Origin: an uncultured virus (IMG/VR IMGVR_UViG_3300032282_004167)
Taxonomy: Duplodnaviria; Heunggongvirae; Uroviricota; Caudoviricetes
Virus record (IMG/VR): IMGVR_UViG_3300032282_004167
Length of the DNA: 20,000 nucleotides
Strand: one strand, 5' to 3'
In this document: piece by piece, positions 8,295 through 17,187 of the stretch
How positions within the stretch are numbered: the first letter of the stretch is position 1
Layout: each line of letters opens with the position of its first letter
Translations under genes and position numbers: made by a program
Notes under the pieces: generated by a model
Databases searched by the model: none
The model's input: the letters and a program-made list of their open reading frames with translations, nothing else
Told to the model about the DNA's origin: nothing

Positions 8295-8493
8295 TGGAGA
8301 TTGTATCATCGTTGCTTCTTCTGAGGATCAAAGATTATTTGTATCTTCTCCCCATATATTGTATCTTGTCTATCCTATCGTAAAAAAGATGTATCCGACT
8401 TGTTCTTCTCTTCATATCGTATCTGGTCCATCTTATGATTTTCTTTTACAAGGAAAAGCAGAATTAATTTCTATCAAATCTAGGAAAACATGA
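8224..8493 (+). CDS. Hypothetical protein (start likely ATG 8224)
   Basis: Fills the gap to 8490 with ATGA coupling; overlaps the previous gene by 71 nt. Confidence 0.55.
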   Translation: MQIDSSLIIQTLLKNLQVIQSPSNGDCIIVASSEDQRLFVSSPHILYLVYPIVKKMYPTCSSLHIVSGPSYDFLLQGKAELISIKSRKT

Positions 8494-9302
8494 TGTCTCT
8501 TGATGTTATTAATACCTATCTCGCTTTGCTTGCCAGTGAAGAAGTTTTAGATCCTCAAAATGTATTAAATCATTCTTTGATAGAAACTTCTGAACTCTTA
8601 ACTTCGTTTGCTGAATGTAATATTTTTACTCGTGTTTCACACTATTATAATACTTTGTTTCAGTATAGTTTTGAGAATGTTACTTTTGCTATTTCTTCTT
8701 CTCTTAATCATTCTCAAGCACAATCTATTAATGCTTCTTTAACAGAACTCTGTACTTCTGAGAATATATCTCTTTCTGAATGCAAAATATTTCCTGGCAA
8801 TAATTCTCAGATTATGAATGTCATTTATGAACATTTAGCTAATGACTATATGTATGATCGTCCTAATGATACTTGTAACTCTGGTTTCAATACCATCGCT
8901 TTGAGTTACTCACAACTTGTTTTCAAGCATTTGTTTTACATGGGCCTTCTCTATCCTATTGGTCAAGATTACAAGTCTGCCACTGCTTATATTCTTTTTC
9001 CTTGGGATAAGATTTTTCCTGAAGGTTCTTCTGCTAAGTCAGCATGGTACAGTTCTCAAACTGATACCTTAAGTTTCTATCAAACTTTTATCCCTTCTCC
9101 TTTGTCTACTGTAACAAGAGATGAGATTTGTACTTCTCTATATGCTTTCATGCATTATCTTGTTATTTATAATCAAAACGCTGCAAAAAAAATCTTTAAT
9201 CATATTTCTTCTGCTTTTGATAAGATTACTCAATTTACTCAAAAAGCAAAAAATATTGCTCCTTCTGTAGTTGAAACTTACAGTCACTATACTTGGTCTT
9301 AG
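8490..9302 (+). CDS. Hypothetical protein
   Basis: 270-aa ORF, ATGA-coupled. Confidence 0.75.
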   Translation: MMSLDVINTYLALLASEEVLDPQNVLNHSLIETSELLTSFAECNIFTRVSHYYNTLFQYSFENVTFAISSSLNHSQAQSINASLTELCTSENISLSECKIFPGNNSQIMNVIYEHLANDYMYDRPNDTCNSGFNTIALSYSQLVFKHLFYMGLLYPIGQDYKSATAYILFPWDKIFPEGSSAKSAWYSSQTDTLSFYQTFIPSPLSTVTRDEICTSLYAFMHYLVIYNQNAAKKIFNHISSAFDKITQFTQKAKNIAPSVVETYSHYTWS

Positions 9303-9318
9303 AGAAAGATGCTATCAA

Positions 9319-10122
9319 ATGTCTGATTCAGAAACCTCTTTTGAGTACCCTGATTATGAGTCTGATTGTGATGTCGATCCCGATCCCGATGTCATTAATG
9401 ATTCTCTTCTTGCCTTGTTCGACAAATTAAATATTTCAGCTATGATTAACTCCCCAGTGTCTGAGGAAACAAATATGAAGACTAATATTAATTATGATGG
9501 TTCTCTTTCTCAGGTTGGAAGAGCTTATTACGATGAAGACCTTCATTGTTTAAACGTTTATCTTCCTGTTTACATCAAAGATTACAAGTTTAATGTTTCT
9601 TACGTCCTTGATTTAATTAACAGTGGATATAAAGAATTTGATGTCTTCAATATAGCTAATAGTTATCAAACTGATGAGACTAAAATTCCTTCTTGTCAGC
9701 ATTTTGTTCCTTCCACTCAACTCGTTGCACTCGGATCTAAACTTCCTTCTAAGTGGAAATATACAGAAGCCCCAATTGCTTGTTCCTGTGTTCACCCCAA
9801 AAACAATGCAACCACTTCAAAAATTAATTGTTCGTTTATGCCAATGCTTATCAACTGCTCCCTCTATCAACCTTTTGAGTGGACTGATATTAAGCATGCG
9901 AAGAATAATGACATCATTGTCGTGACCGTTCAGCAGTCTTTTTCTGTCCCACGTGCCCCTAAGTATAAGGTAATCTTTGGTTCAGATACAAAAGAATTTC
10001 TTTCTCTTCAAGAAACTGATACTTATTTCGATGAGTGTGTCGCACTTTCTGGTCAAGACCTTACTGTAGTTTCTGTTCTTCCTTCTGTAGAGAATCCTTA
10101 TATTGAAACAGTCCTAAAATAA
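9319..10122 (+). CDS. Hypothetical protein with acidic N-terminus and Cys/His cluster
   Basis: ATG 9319 avoids overlap with the upstream gene; CQH, CSCVH and two further Cys. Confidence 0.7.
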   Translation: MSDSETSFEYPDYESDCDVDPDPDVINDSLLALFDKLNISAMINSPVSEETNMKTNINYDGSLSQVGRAYYDEDLHCLNVYLPVYIKDYKFNVSYVLDLINSGYKEFDVFNIANSYQTDETKIPSCQHFVPSTQLVALGSKLPSKWKYTEAPIACSCVHPKNNATTSKINCSFMPMLINCSLYQPFEWTDIKHAKNNDIIVVTVQQSFSVPRAPKYKVIFGSDTKEFLSLQETDTYFDECVALSGQDLTVVSVLPSVENPYIETVLK

Positions 10123-10123
10123 A

Positions 10124-11053
10124 ATGACAAAAAGTACATTGATATTTTCTGATACAGAAGAAGCTTTTTATTCTGCTTCTGACAAGAATGTATCTCTTGA
10201 TTTTAATTCTGTCTCTAAACAGTTTTCTTCTTCCGCTCCTGATCTTGGTCTTCTTCCTCCGGTCGTAAGGTATATATCCCCTTGGCTCATTGATCATTCT
10301 AATAATGATAATGGTCGCCATTATGCTTTTGCTATCGTTGAGCAACCTCCTTCTATGAAGACTATTTCTTTTCATTCTACTAGTCATGATGATTGTGACC
10401 CTGATGATGAGTGTGAACATTGTTTCAATGAGGATTATCCTTTAGCAAAAACTATAAATATTCCTGTTCCATGGAATTATTGGGTTTTTCATTTTACTCC
10501 AAGTTCTGATAATCATCCAATATTTTCTGGTCATGTAAATCTTTTTTTTGCTCATTCTCAAGCTCATGATTTAGACAATCCTTTATATCCTCCTTTTGTT
10601 CCAAATATATCTCCTGTTAGCTGGTATAAGAACGATATCATAGACAGTATTCTTTCTTCTTGTACTGTTTGTATTGGTTCTGATTTTTGGGCTACTAAAA
10701 TCAATAATTTTTCTTTTGCTAATTATCTCAAATTTCCTCTTGGTATAGACGATATATCTTTTGATCAGCTTTTTAGAGATTACGTTTCTTTCTTTTGGTC
10801 AACTACTTTCAATTCTGACTATTCAGATCATTTGTATAATTTTCTTGAATTAATTGTTGATTCCAAAAATGATATCCCTAATGATGTTCATGGTTGGTTT
10901 CCCTTTCTTGCACAGATGTCTATCGATGAAGTTCTTACTCGTTTAAAGAAACATTCTACTTCTATGTACTCTTTGGGCGATGTAATTAATGCTTTTGATT
11001 CTTGCATTCCTCCTATTAATTTACGTGCTATTTTTGCTAAGCTATCGATTTGA
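10124..11053 (+). CDS. Prok-E2_D-like protein, paralog 2
   Basis: GLLPPVVRYIS, VEQPP, IPVPW, PLYPPFVPNI...CTVCIG, FWSTTFNSD. Acidic DDCDPDDECEHC insertion. Confidence 0.65.
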   Translation: MTKSTLIFSDTEEAFYSASDKNVSLDFNSVSKQFSSSAPDLGLLPPVVRYISPWLIDHSNNDNGRHYAFAIVEQPPSMKTISFHSTSHDDCDPDDECEHCFNEDYPLAKTINIPVPWNYWVFHFTPSSDNHPIFSGHVNLFFAHSQAHDLDNPLYPPFVPNISPVSWYKNDIIDSILSSCTVCIGSDFWATKINNFSFANYLKFPLGIDDISFDQLFRDYVSFFWSTTFNSDYSDHLYNFLELIVDSKNDIPNDVHGWFPFLAQMSIDEVLTRLKKHSTSMYSLGDVINAFDSCIPPINLRAIFAKLSI

Positions 11054-11074
11054 ATAGAGAATAAAGGATTTTAA

Positions 11075-11923
11075 ATGTTTCTTAAAATTGATTACGATAA
11101 CGAAGAAGAAGTCGCTGATTTTTCTTTATCAACTGATACTTCTCTTTACAAATCAAATTTTTCTTCGATTGCTTCTTGTGCTTCTGATGAATGGAGCAAT
11201 TATTATTCTTCCAGGAATAATTTGATTCCACTCAATTGTCTTCCTCCGGCCGTAAGATATATTTCTTCTGATCGTAGACTTATTGTCTGGGAGCGTCCTC
11301 CAGCTTATAAGTCAATTAACTATACTCAAGAGTATCAAGATGCTCTTTCTCCTGATCAGCAAAGCACCGTGTTTCATAGGCTTCCTGTTCCTTGGCAGGT
11401 GTATGTAATCCACCTTTCTCCTGAAGCCAGATTAGCTAACGTTTTTATGTTTTTTAGGAATAGTCAGATAAACAGCATGGTTGATGATCAGTTATGTTTT
11501 GCTACTCTTCCAAATTTTTATGAAACAGGAAGACTCTGTCAAGCTGCCTTTGATACCATTCAATCATATGACAGAGATGTTCTTTCTTCTATCAATGCCG
11601 CTTATGAAATGATTTGGAATTCTGGCTTTAATAAAGATACTTTATTGGCTTATAATTCTCTTTTTAATACTCCTGGTTTGAAAAAAAATAATCCTCTTGT
11701 TTCTTCCTTTAGCACTACTAGAACTCCTTATTATACCTTTGATAAGTGGACTAAGTATCGAATTGAGGACGTAGTTACCTGGACATGGCCTACTGCTTAC
11801 AACTCTCTTCATCATTTCATTGAGACTAGAGCGTATGCTCAGGCTATTGAACCTGATTCTCATAACTTCATGGTTAATATGTTATTTGCCGCTCAAGATG
11901 CTCCACAAAAAACAAAACAATAG
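11075..11923 (+). CDS. Prok-E2_D-like protein, paralog 3
   Basis: LPPAVRYIS, WERPP, LPVPWQVY, LCFATLPNFYETGRLC (Cys155), IWNSGFNKD: closest to the PRTRC-B PN.Y..G.IC...FW.S.F pattern. AAGGA SD. Confidence 0.75.
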   Translation: MFLKIDYDNEEEVADFSLSTDTSLYKSNFSSIASCASDEWSNYYSSRNNLIPLNCLPPAVRYISSDRRLIVWERPPAYKSINYTQEYQDALSPDQQSTVFHRLPVPWQVYVIHLSPEARLANVFMFFRNSQINSMVDDQLCFATLPNFYETGRLCQAAFDTIQSYDRDVLSSINAAYEMIWNSGFNKDTLLAYNSLFNTPGLKKNNPLVSSFSTTRTPYYTFDKWTKYRIEDVVTWTWPTAYNSLHHFIETRAYAQAIEPDSHNFMVNMLFAAQDAPQKTKQ

Positions 11924-11924
11924 G

Positions 11925-11970
11925 TTGAAAATTTGCTAGTTATCAGCTATCATATAATAGCTATATAACT
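11925..11970 (+). promoter_or_regulatory. Sigma70-like promoter overlapped by an imperfect palindrome (candidate operator)
   Basis: TTGAAA (11925-30), 17 bp, TATCAT (11948-53). Dyad AGTTAT-C-AGCTAT-n6-ATAGCT-AT-ATAACT at 11938-11970. Confidence 0.5.
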
Positions 11971-11996
11971 TTATAAACTCAGTAAGGAGTTTTACA

Positions 11997-12329
11997 ATGA
12001 CTGATTCAAAAGCACCAAACTTAACCGTACCTCCCAGATTTACTCGTTCTGAAGTAGCAAAAATCTTAAACTGTTCTTCTTTGACTATCTATAATAGAGA
12101 AAAATCTGGTAAGTATCCTCAACCATCTAGAACTAATTCTAATTATCGTTTATATTCTTTGAATGATCTTTTTACTCTTCAAAAGATCACTTATGGACAG
12201 ATTTATTTATCTTCCATATTTTCCTTGCTTTGGGACAAAGGCTATACTGATGTAAGTTCCTTGGAGAAGTACCTCAACGATGCATTAGATAAGCACCAAC
12301 AGGGTGTTAGCGAAGCTATCAATGAGTAG
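11997..12329 (+). CDS. MerR-family HTH DNA-binding protein
   Basis: FTRSEVAKILNCSSLTIYNREKSGKYPQPSRTNSNYRLYSLNDL matches the MerR HTH/wing; AAGGAG SD. Confidence 0.85.
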   Translation: MTDSKAPNLTVPPRFTRSEVAKILNCSSLTIYNREKSGKYPQPSRTNSNYRLYSLNDLFTLQKITYGQIYLSSIFSLLWDKGYTDVSSLEKYLNDALDKHQQGVSEAINE

Positions 12330-12570
12330 CACTGAACAACCCGAAGAACAATTTATTACTCCTGAAGAAGAACCTTTCTCCAGCGACGCTCAGAATGCTA
12401 TCTTTAATTTTTTGTTTGTTTTAGTCGCTCAGTATAGCGAGTCTATGCCCTCTATTGATGCCATCAATAAGGCTTGTGACTGGCTCATATCTTTGGGCGA
12501 GTCAATTAAAAAACAAGCTAATGAGTTTGATTCTGATCTTCAACAGAAGTATAATTTGTTTACCAACTAA
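12322..12570 (+). CDS. Hypothetical protein
   Basis: ATG 12322 overlaps the MerR gene end; 82 aa. Confidence 0.65.
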   Translation: MSSTEQPEEQFITPEEEPFSSDAQNAIFNFLFVLVAQYSESMPSIDAINKACDWLISLGESIKKQANEFDSDLQQKYNLFTN

Positions 12571-12582
12571 TAAGGAGCTATT

Positions 12583-13014
12583 ATGATAACGAATACAAAT
12601 ATGGTCATCATACAAGGTGGATTAACAAAAGATCCTGAAGTGTATGAAGACAAAGTTGTCCATCTTTCAGTTGCTGTAGATAATTCTGGCAACGAAAAAG
12701 GCGTTAAGAATGCCCCTGGGTATTTTGACGTAAAGATTTGGATGACTCCCTCTAAGATGACTCCAGAAGTAACTACTGAAGCTCTTAAGACTGCTATTAA
12801 CGAAAAGACACTCAAGAAGGGTGCAAAAATTTCTGTTATTGGTCGTCTGATTCATGAGCGCTGGAAGGACGATACCGGTAAGCGCTCCTCCAGAGCTGTT
12901 ATCATGGCTGAGTCTTTTAACATTCTTTACTCAGGATCAAGAGCTACTACCCCTAAGGATGAAGATTCTTCTACTGTCTCCAATGAAGCAGTTACTTATA
13001 TAGACGAATTCTAG
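12583..13014 (+). CDS. ssb: Single-stranded DNA-binding protein
   Basis: NMVIIQGGLTKDPE, LSVAVD, KKGAKISVIGRLIHERWKDDTGKRSS (OB-fold SSB pattern), acidic tail ending YIDEF; AAGGAG SD. Confidence 0.9.
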   Translation: MITNTNMVIIQGGLTKDPEVYEDKVVHLSVAVDNSGNEKGVKNAPGYFDVKIWMTPSKMTPEVTTEALKTAINEKTLKKGAKISVIGRLIHERWKDDTGKRSSRAVIMAESFNILYSGSRATTPKDEDSSTVSNEAVTYIDEF

Positions 13015-13024
13015 TCTTTACTCT

Positions 13025-13762
13025 ATGGATACAGATCAGCAATTCGATCCTGTTGATGTATCTCGTTTAATTGCTGAAGCTCTCAATGAAAGAACTGTGT
13101 TGCCCCTTTCTTTTATTGAGACTTCAGTATTTGAACACCTTTCTCACATGCTTACTCAGTATATGAATGCTGCTGATGTTTCTTATGTAATATCTGAATT
13201 ACGTTCTTACTTATTTCAAGGTTTTACAAAATTTTCTCCAAAGCAACTTCATGATATTATTAAGCATTGTAGAAAGTGTGACAACGTAGAACATCCTCCT
13301 ATCCTTCCTTCTTGGAACTGTAGTGATCCAGATCTAATGATCTTGGCTGAAAATCCAAGTTCTATAGGTCAGTATTCTCAGATTCTCGTTGACTCATTAA
13401 AAGACGCTGGATTTTCTTCTCAACGTTGCATACTAACTTATGTAACTCGTTGTAAAGCTTATAAGCCAGATAATTTGATTGTTTCTAATTGTCTTCCTTA
13501 TATTCATACCGAAATTGCTGCTCTTAATCCAAAGCTTATTCTTCCTCTTGGCTTGACTGCTTATACTGCTATAACTGGCGATAGTTCTGTTAAGCTTTCT
13601 GATATACGTGGAAGCATTCGATGGGTTGGTCCTTATGCTATTCTCCCTGAAGCAAGTCTTGCTTGGGGTGCTCATGCCAAAAATAAAGACACAACACAAA
13701 AATCCTATATGCATGCGTCTTTAACGAAAGCTCACCACTTTCTGTATGGAGGAAATAATTAA
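13025..13762 (+). CDS. Uracil-DNA glycosylase family 4-like protein with degenerate catalytic motifs
   Basis: CRKC...LMILAENPS...YVTRCK...CLPYIHTEIAALNPKLILPLGLTA: four Fe-S Cys and the family-4 layout, plus an ~70-aa N-terminal extension. Confidence 0.8.
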   Translation: MDTDQQFDPVDVSRLIAEALNERTVLPLSFIETSVFEHLSHMLTQYMNAADVSYVISELRSYLFQGFTKFSPKQLHDIIKHCRKCDNVEHPPILPSWNCSDPDLMILAENPSSIGQYSQILVDSLKDAGFSSQRCILTYVTRCKAYKPDNLIVSNCLPYIHTEIAALNPKLILPLGLTAYTAITGDSSVKLSDIRGSIRWVGPYAILPEASLAWGAHAKNKDTTQKSYMHASLTKAHHFLYGGNN

Positions 13763-14130
13763 TGAGTAACTCTGATCAAAATGTTTACTTAGGATATAAT
13801 GAACTTTATTTCAACGAGATAGTTGATAAGGATCTTAAGGGTTCAATTTCTTCTTCAGAGCGTTCTTATCTTGTTTCTAATCCAGCTATTTGGAAGTCTC
13901 AACTTGTATGCCTGAAAAGAAGAACTGAAATGCAGTTCACTTCCTCTAAAGCTAGATCATTTTCTTTGTATAGAGAATTTTCTCAAGGTGCCTTGCCCTA
14001 TCCTGAGTATGTTGATAAACTCAATAAAGAGAAAGAGTGGCGATGCAATGCTGCTCGATTTCTTCAGCAGATAGAAATTCGTATTCAAGAAACCAAGGCT
14101 CTTAATGTCAACCATAATTCAACGGATTAA
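13762..14130 (+). CDS. Hypothetical helical protein
   Basis: GGAGG SD; TAATG coupling. Confidence 0.75.
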   Translation: MSNSDQNVYLGYNELYFNEIVDKDLKGSISSSERSYLVSNPAIWKSQLVCLKRRTEMQFTSSKARSFSLYREFSQGALPYPEYVDKLNKEKEWRCNAARFLQQIEIRIQETKALNVNHNSTD

Positions 14131-14590
14131 AAATTCCACTCCGACGCATTTAGGTAACGAGGCGTTTTCAATGCTTCGTTCTGTTTATGCAGAAAATAAG
14201 TATGTAATTTTTACTTCTTCAGTTTATGGTTATGAGCAAATTGATAAGATAATTGAAATTTATTTAGATGTCTTTTCAGATTTAGAAATTTCTCCTGGTG
14301 AGTTTGTAAAAGCTTATCATCCTGCTTACTTTGCTACCTCTTTTCTTCCTGATACTCCTAATTATATTTTTTATCTTCTCTCTTATAGCAATGGTCATAT
14401 TGTTTATGTTGAGGACTCTAACGATCCTAATTCTTACGAATTGATGGTTCTTATAGAGCGTTCAATATTAGATGACTTAGGGATTGAATATACTGATATA
14501 AGAGTTGATTATATCAATGCCGCAATGTTGATAGCTCAAAACGAATATCTTAAACTTCAATCTCAAGACGATCCAGGTGAGTCTTCATGA
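14105..14590 (+). CDS. Hypothetical protein
   Basis: 161-aa ORF in operon. Confidence 0.7.
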   Translation: MSTIIQRIKNSTPTHLGNEAFSMLRSVYAENKYVIFTSSVYGYEQIDKIIEIYLDVFSDLEISPGEFVKAYHPAYFATSFLPDTPNYIFYLLSYSNGHIVYVEDSNDPNSYELMVLIERSILDDLGIEYTDIRVDYINAAMLIAQNEYLKLQSQDDPGESS

Positions 14591-14796
14591 AGGCTGTTTA
14601 TGTTCCTTTAATACCAAATGTTTCTTCTTTTGAAGAATCTCTTGATTCTGTAAGATCTAAGTATCCTTTTATTGTAGGCGAAGTTGTTTTTGCTTATGAT
14701 CAAAAAGATACAATAGCCTGGTTGCGTATTGATTCTGTCACTGATGTCTCGATACTATTTACTGTTATAAATTCATTTTTTGATGGCGAGCTATGA
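14587..14796 (+). CDS. Hypothetical protein
   Basis: ATGA-coupled at both ends. Confidence 0.65.
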   Translation: MKAVYVPLIPNVSSFEESLDSVRSKYPFIVGEVVFAYDQKDTIAWLRIDSVTDVSILFTVINSFFDGEL

Positions 14797-15161
14797 AAGA
14801 TAGGGACAATATGTCAGAAGAACAAACTCCAATGACAGATGATCAAGTTAAACGTTACGCTACTTTTGATATGATCACTAATTCAGCTATTTATGCGATG
14901 GCTAATGATGACAAGATTGAGTACGAAAAAATCGTTCTCGATATCCTTAATACTGTAATGCAGTCCCAAGAAATAACTGTTTCTTATATTTGCTATCTTA
15001 TAGCTATATATGGTCAGACCCTTAAGATGTTTACTTCTTCAATGAATACTGATGTTACTGACCTTCTTACCGATGCATCGTTGTTTGACGTTCTTGCCGC
15101 AGAAGATCCTAATCATTTTCATGAAACTGAACGAGATTTAAAAGATAATAATGGGTCGTAA
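14793..15161 (+). CDS. Hypothetical acidic protein
   Basis: 122 aa, ATGA-coupled. Confidence 0.7.
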   Translation: MKDRDNMSEEQTPMTDDQVKRYATFDMITNSAIYAMANDDKIEYEKIVLDILNTVMQSQEITVSYICYLIAIYGQTLKMFTSSMNTDVTDLLTDASLFDVLAAEDPNHFHETERDLKDNNGS

Positions 15162-15360
15162 GAATAAACAAAATCGTCATATTCGTCGTAAATCTTTTTC
15201 TCGTTATTATCTAGATTCCTCTCTTGATACTTCAATAAAATCTGTGGCTATTAGTCATAGTTATTCTACTACTGTTAAATCAGAAACAATCTCTAACATA
15301 GCTATATCAGTGTTCGGTTCTCTTTATTATTGCGTGGGTGATGAATGTCGTACTACATAA
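15151..15360 (+). CDS. Small basic hypothetical protein
   Basis: MGRKNKQNRHIRRK; fills the gap between neighbours. Confidence 0.5.
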   Translation: MGRKNKQNRHIRRKSFSRYYLDSSLDTSIKSVAISHSYSTTVKSETISNIAISVFGSLYYCVGDECRTT

Positions 15361-15830
15361 GGATTGATGAAAAAGAAGATCTTGATTGGTTGTCCAATCT
15401 AATTTCTAATACTTTAAACAGGGGCCCTAACGATCCTTTTCTTCAGGCTCATTACGAAAGAATTATTGCTTGGAGCAATGCATTATCTAATCTTGTTCCC
15501 TCTAAATCTGCTTTAAGTTCTACTGATATTCCAGACCAACTTTTATCTGAATCAGACGCCAATATCCTTAGGCAAAAATCTCTTCCTCAGCCAAAGCGTA
15601 GAGGTCGACCTCCCGGCAAGAAAACTGGACAGAAAAAGACTCAAGCTAAACGTAAGCCAAAAGAAGCTGAAGATCCTTATGCTTGTGCTGACCATGTCAA
15701 TTATTCTGGTTCTCGTGCTCCTAGAACTGATTGCATCAAATGCTGGTCTATTTATAAGTCTCTTAATCCCATGACTTATGCTCAAGCTAGGTCCAGATTT
15801 AATCTTAAGCAGAAGAAGAAAGTCGCTTAA
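15345..15830 (+). CDS. AT-hook plus C-x2-H...C-x2-C Zn-finger DNA-binding protein
   Basis: PKRRGRPPGKK AT-hook core, Lys-rich linker, CADH...CIKCW. Confidence 0.7.
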   Translation: MSYYIRIDEKEDLDWLSNLISNTLNRGPNDPFLQAHYERIIAWSNALSNLVPSKSALSSTDIPDQLLSESDANILRQKSLPQPKRRGRPPGKKTGQKKTQAKRKPKEAEDPYACADHVNYSGSRAPRTDCIKCWSIYKSLNPMTYAQARSRFNLKQKKKVA

Positions 15831-15832
15831 AA

Positions 15833-16498
15833 ATGGATTATTATGTTGATCGTTTTTTGGCATATTGTCCTCAAGTCGATATGACACAAGATCAAATAAA
15901 CGACATAAAAGCCCATCATCCTTCACCAGACTCCTATGATGAGACAATCTCCACTGTAAGTTTTATTTCTTTTCAAAAGAATTTGATTACTTCTATTGTT
16001 AAGTCTTTTGCTATCCACCAAAATGGTTCGGAAGTTAAGAGCCATGCACCAGTGATAGACATTGATGTGCCATGCGAATTGCTTCCTTCTTCTCAGCTTG
16101 GTCATTACCATTTCTATATTCATAAACCTATTACTTGGACTAGTTATGTAGCCATTCTAAAGGCTTTTTTTGATGCTGGAATTGTAGAAGAAGGCTATTA
16201 TAAAGCTTGTTTATCTAAGGGATATAGCGCAGTTAGACTTCCTGGTGTTATTAAGCCTGGACTCAAGGTTACTAATTCTTCTATACTTAAAACAAATGCT
16301 ATATTGAGACGTAAGTTATATCTTGCTGAATGTGCTTATGCTAATAAAAGCGCCAAATTGAATCTTTTAATATCTAAGTTATTGGAGTTTGTAGATGGAA
16401 ATCAAATCTCAAAGTTACTTGAATCAGTTGGCGACGATACTAAAATCGCACCCGAACCTCTCCTTGTCGGAAGCAGTTCAGGAGGTTTGCAAGTATGA
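15833..16498 (+). CDS. AEP (primase-polymerase) superfamily-like protein
   Basis: HAPVIDID (DxD), PSSQLGHYHFYI (S..G.H) and downstream VRLP resemble AEP motifs; coiled-coil tail. Confidence 0.55.
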   Translation: MDYYVDRFLAYCPQVDMTQDQINDIKAHHPSPDSYDETISTVSFISFQKNLITSIVKSFAIHQNGSEVKSHAPVIDIDVPCELLPSSQLGHYHFYIHKPITWTSYVAILKAFFDAGIVEEGYYKACLSKGYSAVRLPGVIKPGLKVTNSSILKTNAILRRKLYLAECAYANKSAKLNLLISKLLEFVDGNQISKLLESVGDDTKIAPEPLLVGSSSGGLQV

Positions 16499-16650
16499 TT
16501 GGCAGGAGTATGAAATTGTTGTCGCTTCTTTAGCAGATAGGCTTCAAATATGCCCATCTCCCAGCGCTCCTAAATCTCTTTTTATGGCTAATATTTGGGA
16601 AACCAATAATTCTAGAGTTAAGTTAGTAGAGGCTATAGAGGCCTCCTAGC

Positions 16651-16809
16651 ATGGCTCAGTGTTGCGAATGCAACTGTGTAATAATCGGTTCTACAAAGTA
16701 TCTGAAAAGAACAAACAAAGGTATTTTGTGTACCCAGTGCCAATTTCAAATGAGACTTGAACAACTTGTCTCTCAAGATCAAGAGGTTGATTTAAACGAT
16801 GTCGAATGA
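16651..16809 (+). CDS. Small Zn-finger protein (52 aa; absent from the ORF track)
   Basis: MAQCCECNCVIIGSTKYLKRTNKGILCTQCQFQMRLEQLVSQDQEVDLNDVE; GAGG upstream. Confidence 0.65.
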   Translation: MAQCCECNCVIIGSTKYLKRTNKGILCTQCQFQMRLEQLVSQDQEVDLNDVE

Positions 16810-17035
16810 CACGCATGTAGCTAATGATATTGGTGTAATGGGCGTTTTATTGGATAACTTTCATCATCATATTTTATTAGATGTTCTTAAGCAGAATCTT
16901 GCTAATTCTGACAGTAATGTTCACATTGAACTAAGTCGTTTAAAGAATATTATTGAAGATGTTGATAACACTCTTTCGGTAATGCTAGGATATATTCCAG
17001 ATCCTTTTAATTCAGATTTGTATAATTCTATTTAA
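16799..17035 (+). CDS. Hypothetical protein
   Basis: GAGGT SD; 78 aa. Confidence 0.65.
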   Translation: MSNDTHVANDIGVMGVLLDNFHHHILLDVLKQNLANSDSNVHIELSRLKNIIEDVDNTLSVMLGYIPDPFNSDLYNSI

Positions 17036-17043
17036 TACTTCTA

Positions 17044-17116
17044 GCCTCCGTAGCTCAATGGATAGAGTATCTGGTTTCTACCCAGCTTGTTGGGGGTTCG
17101 AGTCCCTCCGGGGGTG
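17044..17116 (+). tRNA. tRNA-Arg (anticodon TCT)
   Basis: Acceptor GCCTCCG/CGGGGGT, D arm GCTC-AATGGATA-GAGT, anticodon arm CTGG-TTTCTAC-CCAG, T arm GGGGG-TTCGAGT-CCCTC. CCA not encoded. Confidence 0.93.
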
Positions 17117-17187
17117 CTAGCATTAAGATCATACTGTGATATGATTATGCACCTACAATTTACATTTATTCTAATAAGGAAATTGAC

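Noticed and set aside
16395..16649. 84-aa ORF overlapping the AEP-like gene
   Set aside because: 104-nt overlap and no convincing start; the 3' part may be coding but cannot be supported.
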